IMG/VR virus record: IMGVR_UViG_3300006192_000008
Span: 23,456 to 87,455 of that record
DNA from: a virus
Strand: one strand, 5' to 3'
Length of the DNA: 64,000 nt
In this document: positions 1 to 9,351 of the stretch, one piece after another
Numbering within the stretch: position 1 is the first letter of the stretch
Layout: each line of letters opens with the position of its first letter
Notes under the pieces: generated by a model
The model's database searches: none
What the model saw: only the letters and a program-made list of their open reading frames with translations
What the model was told of the DNA's origin: nothing
Program-made: the position numbers and the translations under genes

Positions 1-299
1 TTGAAAAAGCGTATAGTGTTGTTCAAAAGTTGAATCTTGGAGGTGCTGATAATGAACCAGTACATGCAAGTCCTCTGGAACATCAGGCGTCGCCGATGAA
101 AGAAACAACTTATCATCGTGTAGATAAGTACCCAGATATGTACGTGACTAAATCTCTAGATCAGAATAATCCAGAGAATATTAAATCTTGGCAAGAGGGT
201 ATTACGCATGTGACACGAGAAGGGGAGTTTGGTTCTGGTAACTTAAAAGGCTTTATTCAATACCGCCAACTTATTCCAAACAATGTAAAGCGAGGTTGA
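1..299 (+). CDS. C-terminal part of flavin-dependent thymidylate synthase-like (ThyX/Thy1-like) phage protein, 5' truncated by window
   Basis: HASPLEHQA...SGNLKGFIQYR motif resembles the C-terminus of phage Thy1-like proteins; upstream of nrdAB. Confidence 0.6.
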   Translation, partial: EKAYSVVQKLNLGGADNEPVHASPLEHQASPMKETTYHRVDKYPDMYVTKSLDQNNPENIKSWQEGITHVTREGEFGSGNLKGFIQYRQLIPNNVKRG

Positions 300-303
300 T
301 TAA

Positions 304-480
304 ATGAATGACTATCCAAAATCACAATGGATTTTTGAGCTTGTAAACATTATGTCTAAGCGTCAATTGATTCCTAAGAAAGATGCTCTGTGGGCTATCA
401 TGGAAGAGATTGAGGAATATGATGAAATGTTTGCAGAGGGTTTGAGTCCACAAGAAGTTTATGCAGAAATCACAGAATGA
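304..480 (+). CDS. hypothetical protein (58 aa, MNDYPKSQWIF...)
   Basis: Read manually; ATG after GAGG, fills the gap between co-oriented genes. Confidence 0.6.
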   Translation: MNDYPKSQWIFELVNIMSKRQLIPKKDALWAIMEEIEEYDEMFAEGLSPQEVYAEITE

Positions 481-492
481 ATAAGGAATAAT

Positions 493-879
493 ATGAATAT
501 TGATTACAGTGACACATACAACCAATTTTTATCTTTTGTAGACCTTGAACGTGATCCTGAATGGAATGATGCTTGGAAAGCACAGGACGAAAAGAAAGTA
601 GAACAACTACTACATAAGTATGGTGCTGATCTTAAATACGGCTGGGAAGTAGAAGTAATCCTCCATCGTCCACGTACAAGCAATGCAGCAGAATATGGCC
701 CTAAGATTAACTTTGTAGAGCGTACAGATGCTGAGTTTGCTCCCTATGTAGCTACGGAAGATATGATTGCTAATACTAAAGACTCGTTCTTGAAAGCAGA
801 ACTAATGGTGATGAGCAAGCGTAGTAACTTTAGTGGTGATTTGATTGACCGATTCGGTGAAGAAGGGGATGAGATTTGA
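493..879 (+). CDS. hypothetical protein
   Basis: 128-aa ORF with AAGGA RBS, overlaps nrdA start. Confidence 0.75.
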   Translation: MNIDYSDTYNQFLSFVDLERDPEWNDAWKAQDEKKVEQLLHKYGADLKYGWEVEVILHRPRTSNAAEYGPKINFVERTDAEFAPYVATEDMIANTKDSFLKAELMVMSKRSNFSGDLIDRFGEEGDEI

Positions 880-2729
880 AAGAGGGGAATGTAAAGCAAC
901 ACCTTGGTATTTTGATTGATTACTCACGAGACTCTGACATTCCAGAGCAGGGTTTCTCAATGTTGACTCGAAAAGGGTTTTATAAAAAGGACTGGGAGAC
1001 AAGCCCTCAAGAAGGTTTTGCACGAGCTGCGACTTGCTACTGTTTTGGTGACTATGACTTTGCTCAACGTATTTATGACTATGCAAGTAAAGGTTGGTAT
1101 ACTAACGCAAGTCCTGTTCTGAGTAATGCTGTTGAGGTCGAGTGGCCAACTTTCACCAAGGAGCAGTTTGATGAAGCTGGCGATTGGATGGAAGAAAATG
1201 TTTCTCCCGAAGGTATGCCAATCTCTTGTTTTCTCGTGAAGATTCCTGATACTAAGGAAGGATTGGTAGAGGCAAGCTGTGAAACTAAGTGGCTTTCAAT
1301 GGCAGGGGGTGGTATTGGTGTATGGGCTGCTAATCGTAGTCCAGATGAAAAGTCTACTGGTGTAATGGCCCACATGAGCGGATATGATGCTGATACACTT
1401 GCATACAAGCAAACCGGCTCTCGACGTGGTAGTGTTGCAGCTTATCTTGATATTGACCATCCTGAGATTATGCAGTTTATTGGTATGCGTGACCCTGTTG
1501 GTGGTGATCAGAACAAAAAGTGTTTTAATATGAACAACGCAGTAACAATCACTGACAAGTTTATGGTTGCTGTGATTAAAGGGGAAGACTACGAACTGGT
1601 TGACCCTAAACATGGCCCCACTGGACGTTACCTGAGTGCTAAAGAGGTATGGGAAAAGATTCTACAGATGCGCTTTGAGACTGGTGAGCCTTACATCATG
1701 TGGAAGGACACAGTTAATCGGGCAATTCCTGAATGGATTAAGAACCCGCACTACCATGTAGGACAAAGCAACTTGTGCAGTGAGATTACACTTTGGACTT
1801 CTGAGAAAAGAACTGCGGTTTGCTGCTTGAGCAGCCTGAACCTTGATAAGTACGATGAATGGAAAGATACACAAATTGTTGAAGACTTGGTTCGTTATCT
1901 CGACAATGTGCTTGAATACTTTATTCGTCTTGCTCCAAAAGAGCTTAGTAAGGCTGTCTACTCTGCAAGCAAAGAGAGGGCTATTGGTTTAGGTACACTT
2001 GGCTGGCACTCTTATTTACAAAGTAAGATGATCCCATTTGAGAGTGGTGGGTTTAACAGCGCGATTCAACATACTCATCTAGTGTACGGCAACATTAAAA
2101 AGAAAGCTGTTGCTGCAAGCCTGATGCTGGCCGACGAGCGTGGCGAAGCATCTGATTGTGTTGGTAGTGGTATGCGTAATAGTCACCTACTGGCAATTGC
2201 ACCCAATGCATCTTCATCTTCCTTAGTTGGTGTTAGTCCAAGCATTGAGCCATGGAAGGATAACTGTTTTGTTGCTGATGGTCGTGCTGGAGCATTTCTA
2301 ATCAAGAATAAATACCTTGAGAAGACTTTAGAGAAGTATGGGCAGAACACAAAAGAAACATGGAAGAGTATTCAGGATAATGGTGGAAGTGTTCAGCACT
2401 TGGAATACCTGAGTGACCTTGAAAAAGAAGTGTTTAAAACATCATCTGAAGTAAGCCCAATGTACATTATCGAGCAAGCAGCTGCACGGACACCTCATAT
2501 CTGTCAGGCCACATCTGTTAACATCTTTGTTACTGCGGATATCACTAAAGAAGAAATGTCAGATATTCATATGGCTGCTTGGGCTAAGGGTGTTAAAACT
2601 CTTTACTATTGCCGTGCTGAAGGTGCAGATAAGGCAAACATTGGTACGGGGGCAGACAAGCCGCTTAATGCTGTCAGTGTACGAAAGAAGATTGAATATG
2701 ATAATGGCTGTGTAGCTTGTGAAGCATAA
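876..2729 (+). CDS. nrdA: ribonucleotide reductase class I alpha subunit
   Basis: PISCFL, QSNLCSEI, AIAPNASSS, KTLYYCR motifs, C-terminal CVACE; TTG start. Confidence 0.95.
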   Translation: MKEGNVKQHLGILIDYSRDSDIPEQGFSMLTRKGFYKKDWETSPQEGFARAATCYCFGDYDFAQRIYDYASKGWYTNASPVLSNAVEVEWPTFTKEQFDEAGDWMEENVSPEGMPISCFLVKIPDTKEGLVEASCETKWLSMAGGGIGVWAANRSPDEKSTGVMAHMSGYDADTLAYKQTGSRRGSVAAYLDIDHPEIMQFIGMRDPVGGDQNKKCFNMNNAVTITDKFMVAVIKGEDYELVDPKHGPTGRYLSAKEVWEKILQMRFETGEPYIMWKDTVNRAIPEWIKNPHYHVGQSNLCSEITLWTSEKRTAVCCLSSLNLDKYDEWKDTQIVEDLVRYLDNVLEYFIRLAPKELSKAVYSASKERAIGLGTLGWHSYLQSKMIPFESGGFNSAIQHTHLVYGNIKKKAVAASLMLADERGEASDCVGSGMRNSHLLAIAPNASSSSLVGVSPSIEPWKDNCFVADGRAGAFLIKNKYLEKTLEKYGQNTKETWKSIQDNGGSVQHLEYLSDLEKEVFKTSSEVSPMYIIEQAAARTPHICQATSVNIFVTADITKEEMSDIHMAAWAKGVKTLYYCRAEGADKANIGTGADKPLNAVSVRKKIEYDNGCVACEA

Positions 2730-2737
2730 GGAGAACT

Positions 2738-3754
2738 ATGTCAGTTTTTGAAGAGAGTAAATCGTATCGTCCATTCACGTATTCTTGGGCTGCGGAGGCA
2801 GCTCAGAAACACAATATTGATATGTATTGGGACGTACATCAAATTAACTTGCAAGATGATATTCAGCAGTATTTTTCCAAGGATGGTCTGAAGACGAAGA
2901 GTATTAGTCACGAGCAGAATAAGAATATCCTTGATAAGACTTTGTGTCTATTTACAGAGATGGACAAGACTGTTGGTGGCGGTTATACAGAAGTTTTGCA
3001 TCTGATTAAGAACAATGAAATCAGAAACATGCTTATGACTTTTGCAGCTCGTGAGGTTATTCACCAACGTGCATATGCTCTAGCTGCTGAGACTTTTGGT
3101 TTTAGTAACGATGATTGGTCTGCTTTTGCTTCATATAAAGAGATGGCAGATAAACTAGATGTTATGGTAGAAGATTTGACGCCAGTTGGGGCAAGCGACC
3201 AACTGCGAGCTGCAATCAAGCTGACTCAGATTCTTATGGGAGAAGGTATTGGTTTGTTTGGTGCCTTTGCAACATTGCTGAATCAGAAGCGCTCAGGTAT
3301 CCTTAATGGCTTCAATGATATTAATGAGTGGTCACTAAAGGATGAGCAGGAACACGTAACCAACAATATCCGTACTGTCAAGGAAATAGAAAATGATCTG
3401 ACAGAAGTAGAACGCTTGGTTCTGAAGGATGTTACATTTAAGCTTGTTGAGAAATTTGAAGAGGTTGAAGGTGTTTACATTGATTTGGTGTTTGAGCTTG
3501 GCGGTGGAGAGGATTTAACTGTAGAGGGGATGAAAGAATTTATTCACTACCTCGGCAAACTTCGCTTGTTCCAACGTGGTTATATCAGCTTTACAGAAGT
3601 CCCTAAGAATCCTTTGGAGTGGATGGAGTGGCTACTTAGTGCTGGTAGACATAAGAACTTCTTTGAAGCTAAGGTTGTTGATTATGTGCACAAGGAATTG
3701 CCGGGGGAAGTGAATTACAATAAATACCTACACATTCTTACTGAACGTGCTTGA
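2738..3754 (+). CDS. nrdB: ribonucleotide reductase class I beta subunit
   Basis: Di-iron motifs EVIHQRAY, DEQEH and NFFE tail; adjacent to nrdA. Confidence 0.95.
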   Translation: MSVFEESKSYRPFTYSWAAEAAQKHNIDMYWDVHQINLQDDIQQYFSKDGLKTKSISHEQNKNILDKTLCLFTEMDKTVGGGYTEVLHLIKNNEIRNMLMTFAAREVIHQRAYALAAETFGFSNDDWSAFASYKEMADKLDVMVEDLTPVGASDQLRAAIKLTQILMGEGIGLFGAFATLLNQKRSGILNGFNDINEWSLKDEQEHVTNNIRTVKEIENDLTEVERLVLKDVTFKLVEKFEEVEGVYIDLVFELGGGEDLTVEGMKEFIHYLGKLRLFQRGYISFTEVPKNPLEWMEWLLSAGRHKNFFEAKVVDYVHKELPGEVNYNKYLHILTERA

Positions 3755-3778
3755 CAACAAAATCTGATGTATTACTCT
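3751..3778 (+). promoter_or_regulatory. sigma70-like promoter
   Basis: TTGACA-N16-TACTCT upstream of AGGAGG RBS. Confidence 0.5.
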
Positions 3779-3824
3779 TAGCCCCCATAGCCTCTGGTTG
3801 TGGGCGTTTTCTTAGGAGGGATTT

Positions 3825-3983
3825 ATGTACGACTTAGCTAACTTCATCCCATTCAAAGGTAACGAGAGTAAAGTGACGAACGGCAGTCACGCTGTACTTA
3901 CATGGAGCAAAAAATCAGGCTACTATTTCACTGAATTTGGGTTTTGTGTAGAAGCCCTTGTAATAGCAATTGAGGAGGTGTAA
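3825..3983 (+). CDS. hypothetical protein (52 aa, MYDLANF...)
   Basis: Read manually; strong AGGAGG RBS. Confidence 0.6.
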   Translation: MYDLANFIPFKGNESKVTNGSHAVLTWSKKSGYYFTEFGFCVEALVIAIEEV

Positions 3984-3984
3984 G

Positions 3985-4224
3985 ATGGAAATTGATATTC
4001 GTACAAAGACTAAAGACGTAATCGACCGTATCCGCTTTGATGAACCTACTGCACAAGAAGATGGATTGTTTGCAGATACCCTTTGGTTTTACTCTGGGGA
4101 TTGTAATGTTTGGCTGAGCAAGTCTACTGAACCAGATGCTATTCTTGGCATTCGTAATATTAGGCAAGCTGAAAACTTGATCAAATCAATTCAGAAAGCT
4201 ATTGATCTTGGGTGGTTTGAATGA
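3985..4224 (+). CDS. hypothetical protein
   Basis: ORF track; start refined to ATG after GGAGGT. Confidence 0.7.
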   Translation: MEIDIRTKTKDVIDRIRFDEPTAQEDGLFADTLWFYSGDCNVWLSKSTEPDAILGIRNIRQAENLIKSIQKAIDLGWFE

Positions 4225-4454
4225 GCCTTGCAGAACTGCTACTCAAAATAGATAACCAGTACAACCAGCATTACCAAACAGTAATCAACGGACTTACTCT
4301 TGAACAAGGGATTGCCATTTGCAAGGAACTTGAGGAGTATACAGGTGGTCAACATAGCTTTGTTCTAGAGCTGTGGACAGATGGAGCCTTCACTATCTAT
4401 AAGAAAGATGGGATTGCTCTTGGTGAAGATCAGATGATTGTTTCTACTAATTAA
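4221..4454 (+). CDS. hypothetical protein
   Basis: ATGA overlap with upstream gene. Confidence 0.7.
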   Translation: MSLAELLLKIDNQYNQHYQTVINGLTLEQGIAICKELEEYTGGQHSFVLELWTDGAFTIYKKDGIALGEDQMIVSTN

Positions 4455-4463
4455 GGAGGGTTT

Positions 4464-4931
4464 ATGCGTAAACACAAAGGTAAGTGGATTGTAAATGTAA
4501 AAGATACCTACCACTTGGGAGAGATTGATAGTGCTGTGCTTGCTCACATCCAGAAGCTCTACGATACTATCAAAGATCGTGAGACTATTGGCATCCCAAT
4601 GACTTATGTAGAGAAACAAGCGGTCATCCAAGGATTGGAAGATAAATACTCAGACGATGTTGACTTGGACGCCGCACATCAGCTACGCTTGCGTGATTTG
4701 GAAGAGTTGATTTGGGTGTTCACAGACAATGAACCAAAGATTCAAGATTATGACTTTGAGATTAATTTCATTGGCGGAGAGCCAACAGAACGTGGTACTA
4801 TCCCTTGCACAGTGGAAGTAATTAACCAAGAAGGGCGTGATCGCTATCACGAGGACGAGAAGGTCTACTGGGAACGTAAGCTGAGAGGCTACGAGCTTGC
4901 TGGTAAGTTGTGGCGTGAATTGCAGTGGTAA
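4464..4931 (+). CDS. hypothetical protein
   Basis: AAGGAGG RBS, 155 aa. Confidence 0.75.
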   Translation: MRKHKGKWIVNVKDTYHLGEIDSAVLAHIQKLYDTIKDRETIGIPMTYVEKQAVIQGLEDKYSDDVDLDAAHQLRLRDLEELIWVFTDNEPKIQDYDFEINFIGGEPTERGTIPCTVEVINQEGRDRYHEDEKVYWERKLRGYELAGKLWRELQW

Positions 4932-4944
4932 TTAAATAGCAGAC

Positions 4945-4990
4945 AAAAGAAAGCCCCGGCAAGAACCTTCATTGGCTCTCCGGGGCTTTA
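4945..4990. terminator. bidirectional intrinsic terminator between convergent operons
   Basis: AAAAGAAAGCCCCGG...CCGGGGCTTT hairpin with flanking A/T tracts. Confidence 0.8.
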
Positions 4991-5088
4991 TCATTTCTAA
5001 GGAGGCATAATCGCATGGACAATTATGTCACACGAGAGACTCTTTCTTGCGAAAGATGGCTTGCTAAATACAAGCTCTTATAATTGTT

Positions 5089-5427
5089 CTACTTTGAGAT
5101 GGTATTTGTGTTCGTGTTAATCACTCTTGAATTTGATTTAGCACGAGCTTCAAGAGAATCCATCCTACGCTCCAGAACATATATCCTACTGGATATAGCA
5201 CTCTGATAAGCATCAGATGTTCCAGCCACTCGATTCACTTTATCCTCAAGGTAAATCACATTGCTGAACATTGCATCATTCATTTCTTTCTTAGCAGCAC
5301 TAATCGAAGAATCGTTATTGTTATTATCCCATCTATCGTAAATCAGAATTGCAGCCAAAAGAAGGAATGTAGCATTCACTGTTGTTTGAATTGTTTGTGC
5401 TATCAAGGCAGTTTTCCTTCTTTCCAT
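5089..5427 (-). CDS. membrane-anchored coiled-coil protein (lysis region)
   Basis: One N-terminal hydrophobic segment followed by helical heptads. Confidence 0.65.
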   Translation of the reverse strand: MERRKTALIAQTIQTTVNATFLLLAAILIYDRWDNNNNDSSISAAKKEMNDAMFSNVIYLEDKVNRVAGTSDAYQSAISSRIYVLERRMDSLEARAKSNSRVINTNTNTISK

Positions 5428-5433
5428 GAAATG

Positions 5434-5748
5434 TTACCTGCGTTTGTCGCTGTAATTATCTTGTTGGTTTTGGTTCATCTTAATCAGAAGGTCTAGCTTA
5501 GAGTTCATATCTGTTCGCATAGAAGAGATTTGGTTGTCTACGTGTAAACGCACACCATCAATACTCTTGCTAATACGATCTTCTAGGACACGAGCCTTAG
5601 CTTCTGTAAAGCTTTCTGCTTGAAGGTTGTAGACACGATCTTCAAGCTTAGCTTGTGCGTTATACTGCCAACTAACTATTAAGAAGAGAGCGCTGATAGC
5701 AACCTTCTCTAGAATATTGACAAGTCTAGTGTTATCAGGGGTTGCCAT
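5434..5748 (-). CDS. membrane-anchored coiled-coil protein (lysis region, possible holin/antiholin-like)
   Basis: TM segment VAISALFLIVSW, downstream of spanins. Confidence 0.6.
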   Translation of the reverse strand: MATPDNTRLVNILEKVAISALFLIVSWQYNAQAKLEDRVYNLQAESFTEAKARVLEDRISKSIDGVRLHVDNQISSMRTDMNSKLDLLIKMNQNQQDNYSDKRR

Positions 5749-6022
5749 AAATCAGCTCCATTTCTTTCTTATGTCTTCGCTGTTTCTCAAGGAGTAGCTT
5801 ATACTGCCCCAAGCAGGACGTATTAGCGACGTATCCCTTCGCGAGTAGGCGTACAGTATCTCCAGCACTAATCGCCTCACAGGGATCAACTAGGAGGCTC
5901 TCAGGGGTGGTCACAATTATTTCCTTTTGCACGTAGACATACTTCGGAGAGCAACCTGACAAGATCATCACTAAGCCTAGCGTCAAGAGACGCAGGAGTG
6001 TCTTTGGTTTGTTCCTTAACAT
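5735..6022 (-). CDS. o-spanin (Rz1-like lipoprotein)
   Basis: Signal peptide with lipobox LSGC, Pro/Cys periplasmic part, overlaps i-spanin. Confidence 0.8.
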   Translation of the reverse strand: MLRNKPKTLLRLLTLGLVMILSGCSPKYVYVQKEIIVTTPESLLVDPCEAISAGDTVRLLAKGYVANTSCLGQYKLLLEKQRRHKKEMELIYGNP

Positions 6023-6338
6023 TCTCTTGCCTCTTTGGGTTACTTTCTATTTGGACGGGCACTGATGGGAGTTTATCAATATCGTTCAAAACACCATCTC
6101 TTTCTTTAACAATCTCTTGCTTTTCTTTAGTGTAATCGGAGACAATAGCGTCTGTGATTTTACAAGCTGTTTCTTTCTTGTCTAAAGACTCTTTCAAATC
6201 TTTGTTAGCGTCTACAGCTGTAACCAGCTGGGATTCAGCTACAGTTTTGTCAGAATAGAAAGAGTAGGATAGATAGCCAAATAAGCAATTCAGGGAGACT
6301 GAAACAAAGAGTGCAATGATCAGAGGTTTACTCAGCAT
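5901..6338 (-). CDS. i-spanin (Rz-like)
   Basis: N-terminal TM, coiled coil, C-terminal cysteines, overlapping lipoprotein gene. Confidence 0.8.
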   Translation of the reverse strand: MLSKPLIIALFVSVSLNCLFGYLSYSFYSDKTVAESQLVTAVDANKDLKESLDKKETACKITDAIVSDYTKEKQEIVKERDGVLNDIDKLPSVPVQIESNPKRQENVKEQTKDTPASLDARLSDDLVRLLSEVCLRAKGNNCDHP

Positions 6339-6555
6339 CTTGGTTATCCTCTAATTGTTGGTCGATAAAGCGACCTACCAACCCAAACAAACCAAAGCTG
6401 ATAGCTAATCCAGCAAGAAGAGGAAAGGCGATATCAGAAGACAATACACCAAGAACAGCCAGTCCACTAATGCTAAGGGCAATAAGAAAGTTTCCTAGCA
6501 TAGAAAGGAATGAGTAGGACTTCAGAATCTTCTTTTTATTTGGTAACAGTTTCAT
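6328..6555 (-). CDS. holin (2 TM)
   Basis: 75 aa, basic N-terminus, two hydrophobic helices, upstream of spanins. Confidence 0.7.
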   Translation of the reverse strand: MKLLPNKKKILKSYSFLSMLGNFLIALSISGLAVLGVLSSDIAFPLLAGLAISFGLFGLVGRFIDQQLEDNQDAE

Positions 6556-6872
6556 TAGGTTCTTTAACCCCTTCTAGGCAAAGTTTATTCTCAGCTTCCC
6601 GACGAAGAGTAAACCCTTTCAGCCTCTTACCCCGCTTTATCCCACCGAAGAAGTTGATTACAAGCATCAACTCTTTGCCCTTCAACGGCTTCTTGAGGAG
6701 AGTGGATTTTGAGAATGCACCAACATTATATGAAAAGAGAGACTATTAAAATATAAACTTCTTGAACAACACCCTCAGATGGTGCAGCATGGTCGTATGC
6801 AACAAAAGCAGCCGGGGCACTAAGTCCCACTGCAATAAATGCCGCAATTAGTCTAGTTTTTATACTTTTCAT
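6536..6872 (-). pseudogene. decayed SAR endolysin (GH24 lysozyme) paralogue
   Basis: MKSIKTRLIAAFIAVGLSAPAAFVAYDHAAPSEGVVQEVY then deletion; FSYNVG..FSKSTLLKK, GQRVDACNQLLRWDKAG (shifted frame) and GKRLKGFTLRREAENKLCL align to the 10236..10733 lysozyme. Confidence 0.8.
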
Positions 6873-6898
6873 TTTACACCATTATCGATTGGCAGCAA

Positions 6899-6934
6899 AT
6901 AATCCCGACCTAGCTAAAGCTAGGTCGGGATTAT
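6899..6934. terminator. perfect hairpin/terminator after tailspike gene
   Basis: ATAATCCCGACCTAGC-TAAA-GCTAGGTCGGGATTAT. Confidence 0.7.
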
Positions 6935-7024
6935 TCATTACTTACCTATAAAAGCAGCACCCCTTCACATGGTAGAGTCGCTCCCGTATTTCAGAGAGAG
7001 TCATGGGTTTCTCTTTAAGCGGGA

Positions 7025-8929
7025 CTAGCCCCGCTTACTCGGAATACGCAACTGACAGCCTACTGCCCCATTGGACCCCGTATGGACCAGCTTCAGTTCA
7101 CCGTTAGGGCTGGCGTCAATGACCGCTGGAGTCGTGCCTGTGGCGGCCACGAGAGAGTAGAAGTCGGCAGGGCGATACCCTAGTGGGAGCGTAGCCAATA
7201 CGGTGCCTGAAGTGTTTGTTCCAGCGTTGAAGCCCGTAGAGATTACAACGTCACCATTCTCCTCCTTCCAAAAATCGCCGCCAAGCCATCCATTTGCTAG
7301 GGCAGGCTGAGTTCGCAGTGTGTTGTAGGTGCCATATCCATTGTCTACGACCATCATGGGAAAGCGCGAAGCGGGCCTGGGATTCGCGACGGTTCCCTTA
7401 ACAATGTTATCCCTACGCGGCATGGTGTATTGGGCATTCCCCGTCAGATACAGGTCTGCGACAGAAGGAGCGCCCATCGTGTTGGCTGTAATATCGGTAA
7501 GATTAGCATTGTTTACATAGATCAGGTAGTCCAAATTGGTGCCGCCGCCAAGATTACAGTTTTCTATACGCACGCCTTCGCACGGCCTGGAAACTCCCTC
7601 TATTACGATATGGGCGCGCTCTGCGGATTGGGACTGCGCGGCTTGCTGCTCAATCTGGACATTGCGGATCTTTATCTGAGAACCGTCTTTAACTCTGATT
7701 GCACAATCACGATTGACTAGCGTGCCACCATCTACTGTCGTACAGTAAGCTCCGTCCAGAAGTTGAAGTATAATCCCAGTCTCTCCACCAACCAAATTAT
7801 CATAGAGCTTATTGCCATCAGCACTTGGATCGGCGGGCGTTCCTATAGTTACACCTCTGCCAAAAGTGTTATTTTCGATTAGGCAGAATGCGAATTTGGT
7901 GGCAACTAAGTCCCTGGCCCCAACGGGGGCGAGCATGTTACAGTTCCTAATGATAGCATTAAAAATAGGCATGCCAGCCGTATTCTCGATAACATGCATG
8001 CCGCCGCCGTTATGAAACAGCATCATGTTCTCAATTCGCAGATCGCGGCAGTCCAACAGACCGCCGTTATCCGTGATATTCATATTGAGTAGGTTGGTGT
8101 ACTGCCCTGCACTATCTGCGCGAATGAACGTTGAGCGTGATCCTACTCCAATGATGGAGGTCGCAACATTCATCGTAAGGCACGCGCTTCCCTGCCCACT
8201 AACTTTGAATCCACCTTCAAAAAGAACGGTGCCAACTCGATCATTTAGCGCGTCATTCAGCGCATTAGTTGTGTCAAGCACTGGGTTTCCCGACCTAGAG
8301 TCCTCCAGCTCCGCCTTAGTCAAGTAGTGCGATATGCTCCTAGTTTTATCCAGAACTATAATATTGATCCGTTCACCGATAGTTCCGGGTGCATATTTAG
8401 TGGAAGGATTGTAGCCTACTAACCCCGCTCCCTCAGTCGGATCAGTGTCATCTGCAAGATCACCCCTCAAAGCATCAGTATAACCCTGTGCTTGCCCCTG
8501 TACAACATCTAGTTTAGCCTGTGTGGCGAAGGCGGTCACATCCTCAAAAGCAGCGGTGCCGAGAGATGATACTGTTAATTCAACAGCGCCCAACCTAGAA
8601 GCTAGTTGTGAAGGGGAGTCAATTAGAGAGGTACTGCTGCCATTATACTGGTAGGTGTTACCAGTAGGGCGATCTTTAAATTCAAACCATTTAGGAACAG
8701 GGGTACTAAAATAGGTGGTTCCTACAGCAAAGTAAAGACGGTTATCTGAGGTATTATAGTGGACTTGACCATTCACAGCAGAAGGTAGGCTCGCTACGAT
8801 ACTATCTACATTACGGTCGAACAAGACGGAGAACTTCAACAGATTAGAATCCATTCCTGCGTTCCAACCGTTCTCGCCATAGGCCCACCCATAAGCCGTT
8901 TCAAGCCAAGGTGATTGTTGTTGAGACAT
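7025..8929 (-). CDS. tail fibre/tailspike with pectate-lyase-like beta-helix (putative polysaccharide depolymerase)
   Basis: N-terminal anchor (YGWAYGENGW), DTTNALNDAL...IIGVG beta-helix start, N/I-rich repeats, C-terminal LPLGYRP fibre motif. Confidence 0.8.
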   Translation of the reverse strand: MSQQQSPWLETAYGWAYGENGWNAGMDSNLLKFSVLFDRNVDSIVASLPSAVNGQVHYNTSDNRLYFAVGTTYFSTPVPKWFEFKDRPTGNTYQYNGSSTSLIDSPSQLASRLGAVELTVSSLGTAAFEDVTAFATQAKLDVVQGQAQGYTDALRGDLADDTDPTEGAGLVGYNPSTKYAPGTIGERINIIVLDKTRSISHYLTKAELEDSRSGNPVLDTTNALNDALNDRVGTVLFEGGFKVSGQGSACLTMNVATSIIGVGSRSTFIRADSAGQYTNLLNMNITDNGGLLDCRDLRIENMMLFHNGGGMHVIENTAGMPIFNAIIRNCNMLAPVGARDLVATKFAFCLIENNTFGRGVTIGTPADPSADGNKLYDNLVGGETGIILQLLDGAYCTTVDGGTLVNRDCAIRVKDGSQIKIRNVQIEQQAAQSQSAERAHIVIEGVSRPCEGVRIENCNLGGGTNLDYLIYVNNANLTDITANTMGAPSVADLYLTGNAQYTMPRRDNIVKGTVANPRPASRFPMMVVDNGYGTYNTLRTQPALANGWLGGDFWKEENGDVVISTGFNAGTNTSGTVLATLPLGYRPADFYSLVAATGTTPAVIDASPNGELKLVHTGSNGAVGCQLRIPSKRG

Positions 8930-8931
8930 AT

Positions 8932-9351
8932 TTACTCCTTAGATGGGTTAATTGGTCGGAAATTTTTGTCTGGAAAATTTTCATGTTCAGGCCACGCCCT
9001 CAACGCTTTCCTGTACGTTCGCCATTCAGCTACAGAACCAAAAGCTTTATCATCAGAATCCTGAACTTTCTCTAGCTCATCCCTAGCCCGTTCAATCTCA
9101 TATCTGCACCAAGAAAGTTCAGAAGCTATAGCATTTAGTTCCATTAAGGGATTACTAACCCAGCAAGGTTGTCCATCTTTAGACCCCCTTACTTGATCTT
9201 CTGGTGGAGCCGAAAGAGCATATTCCTGAAAAACCCTGTAAGGAACTTCTTTGGCATCATCCGGCCAAGACTGTGCTTTGTTATACTTTTTCTTATCTTC
9301 CTCTAAGTAAAAAGATGCCGTCTTCTCACTAAAATATACTTTAGATGCCAC
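8932..9351 (-). CDS. tail fibre assembly chaperone
   Basis: FY...WPDDA...G.PCW and WRTYRKALRAWP...FP..RP motifs of Tfa-like proteins. Confidence 0.8.
   Translation of the reverse strand: MASKVYFSEKTASFYLEEDKKKYNKAQSWPDDAKEVPYRVFQEYALSAPPEDQVRGSKDGQPCWVSNPLMELNAIASELSWCRYEIERARDELEKVQDSDDKAFGSVAEWRTYRKALRAWPEHENFPDKNFRPINPSKE

Noticed and set aside
876-3754. Inteins or introns in nrdA/nrdB
   Set aside because: Both ORFs are continuous and of compact length
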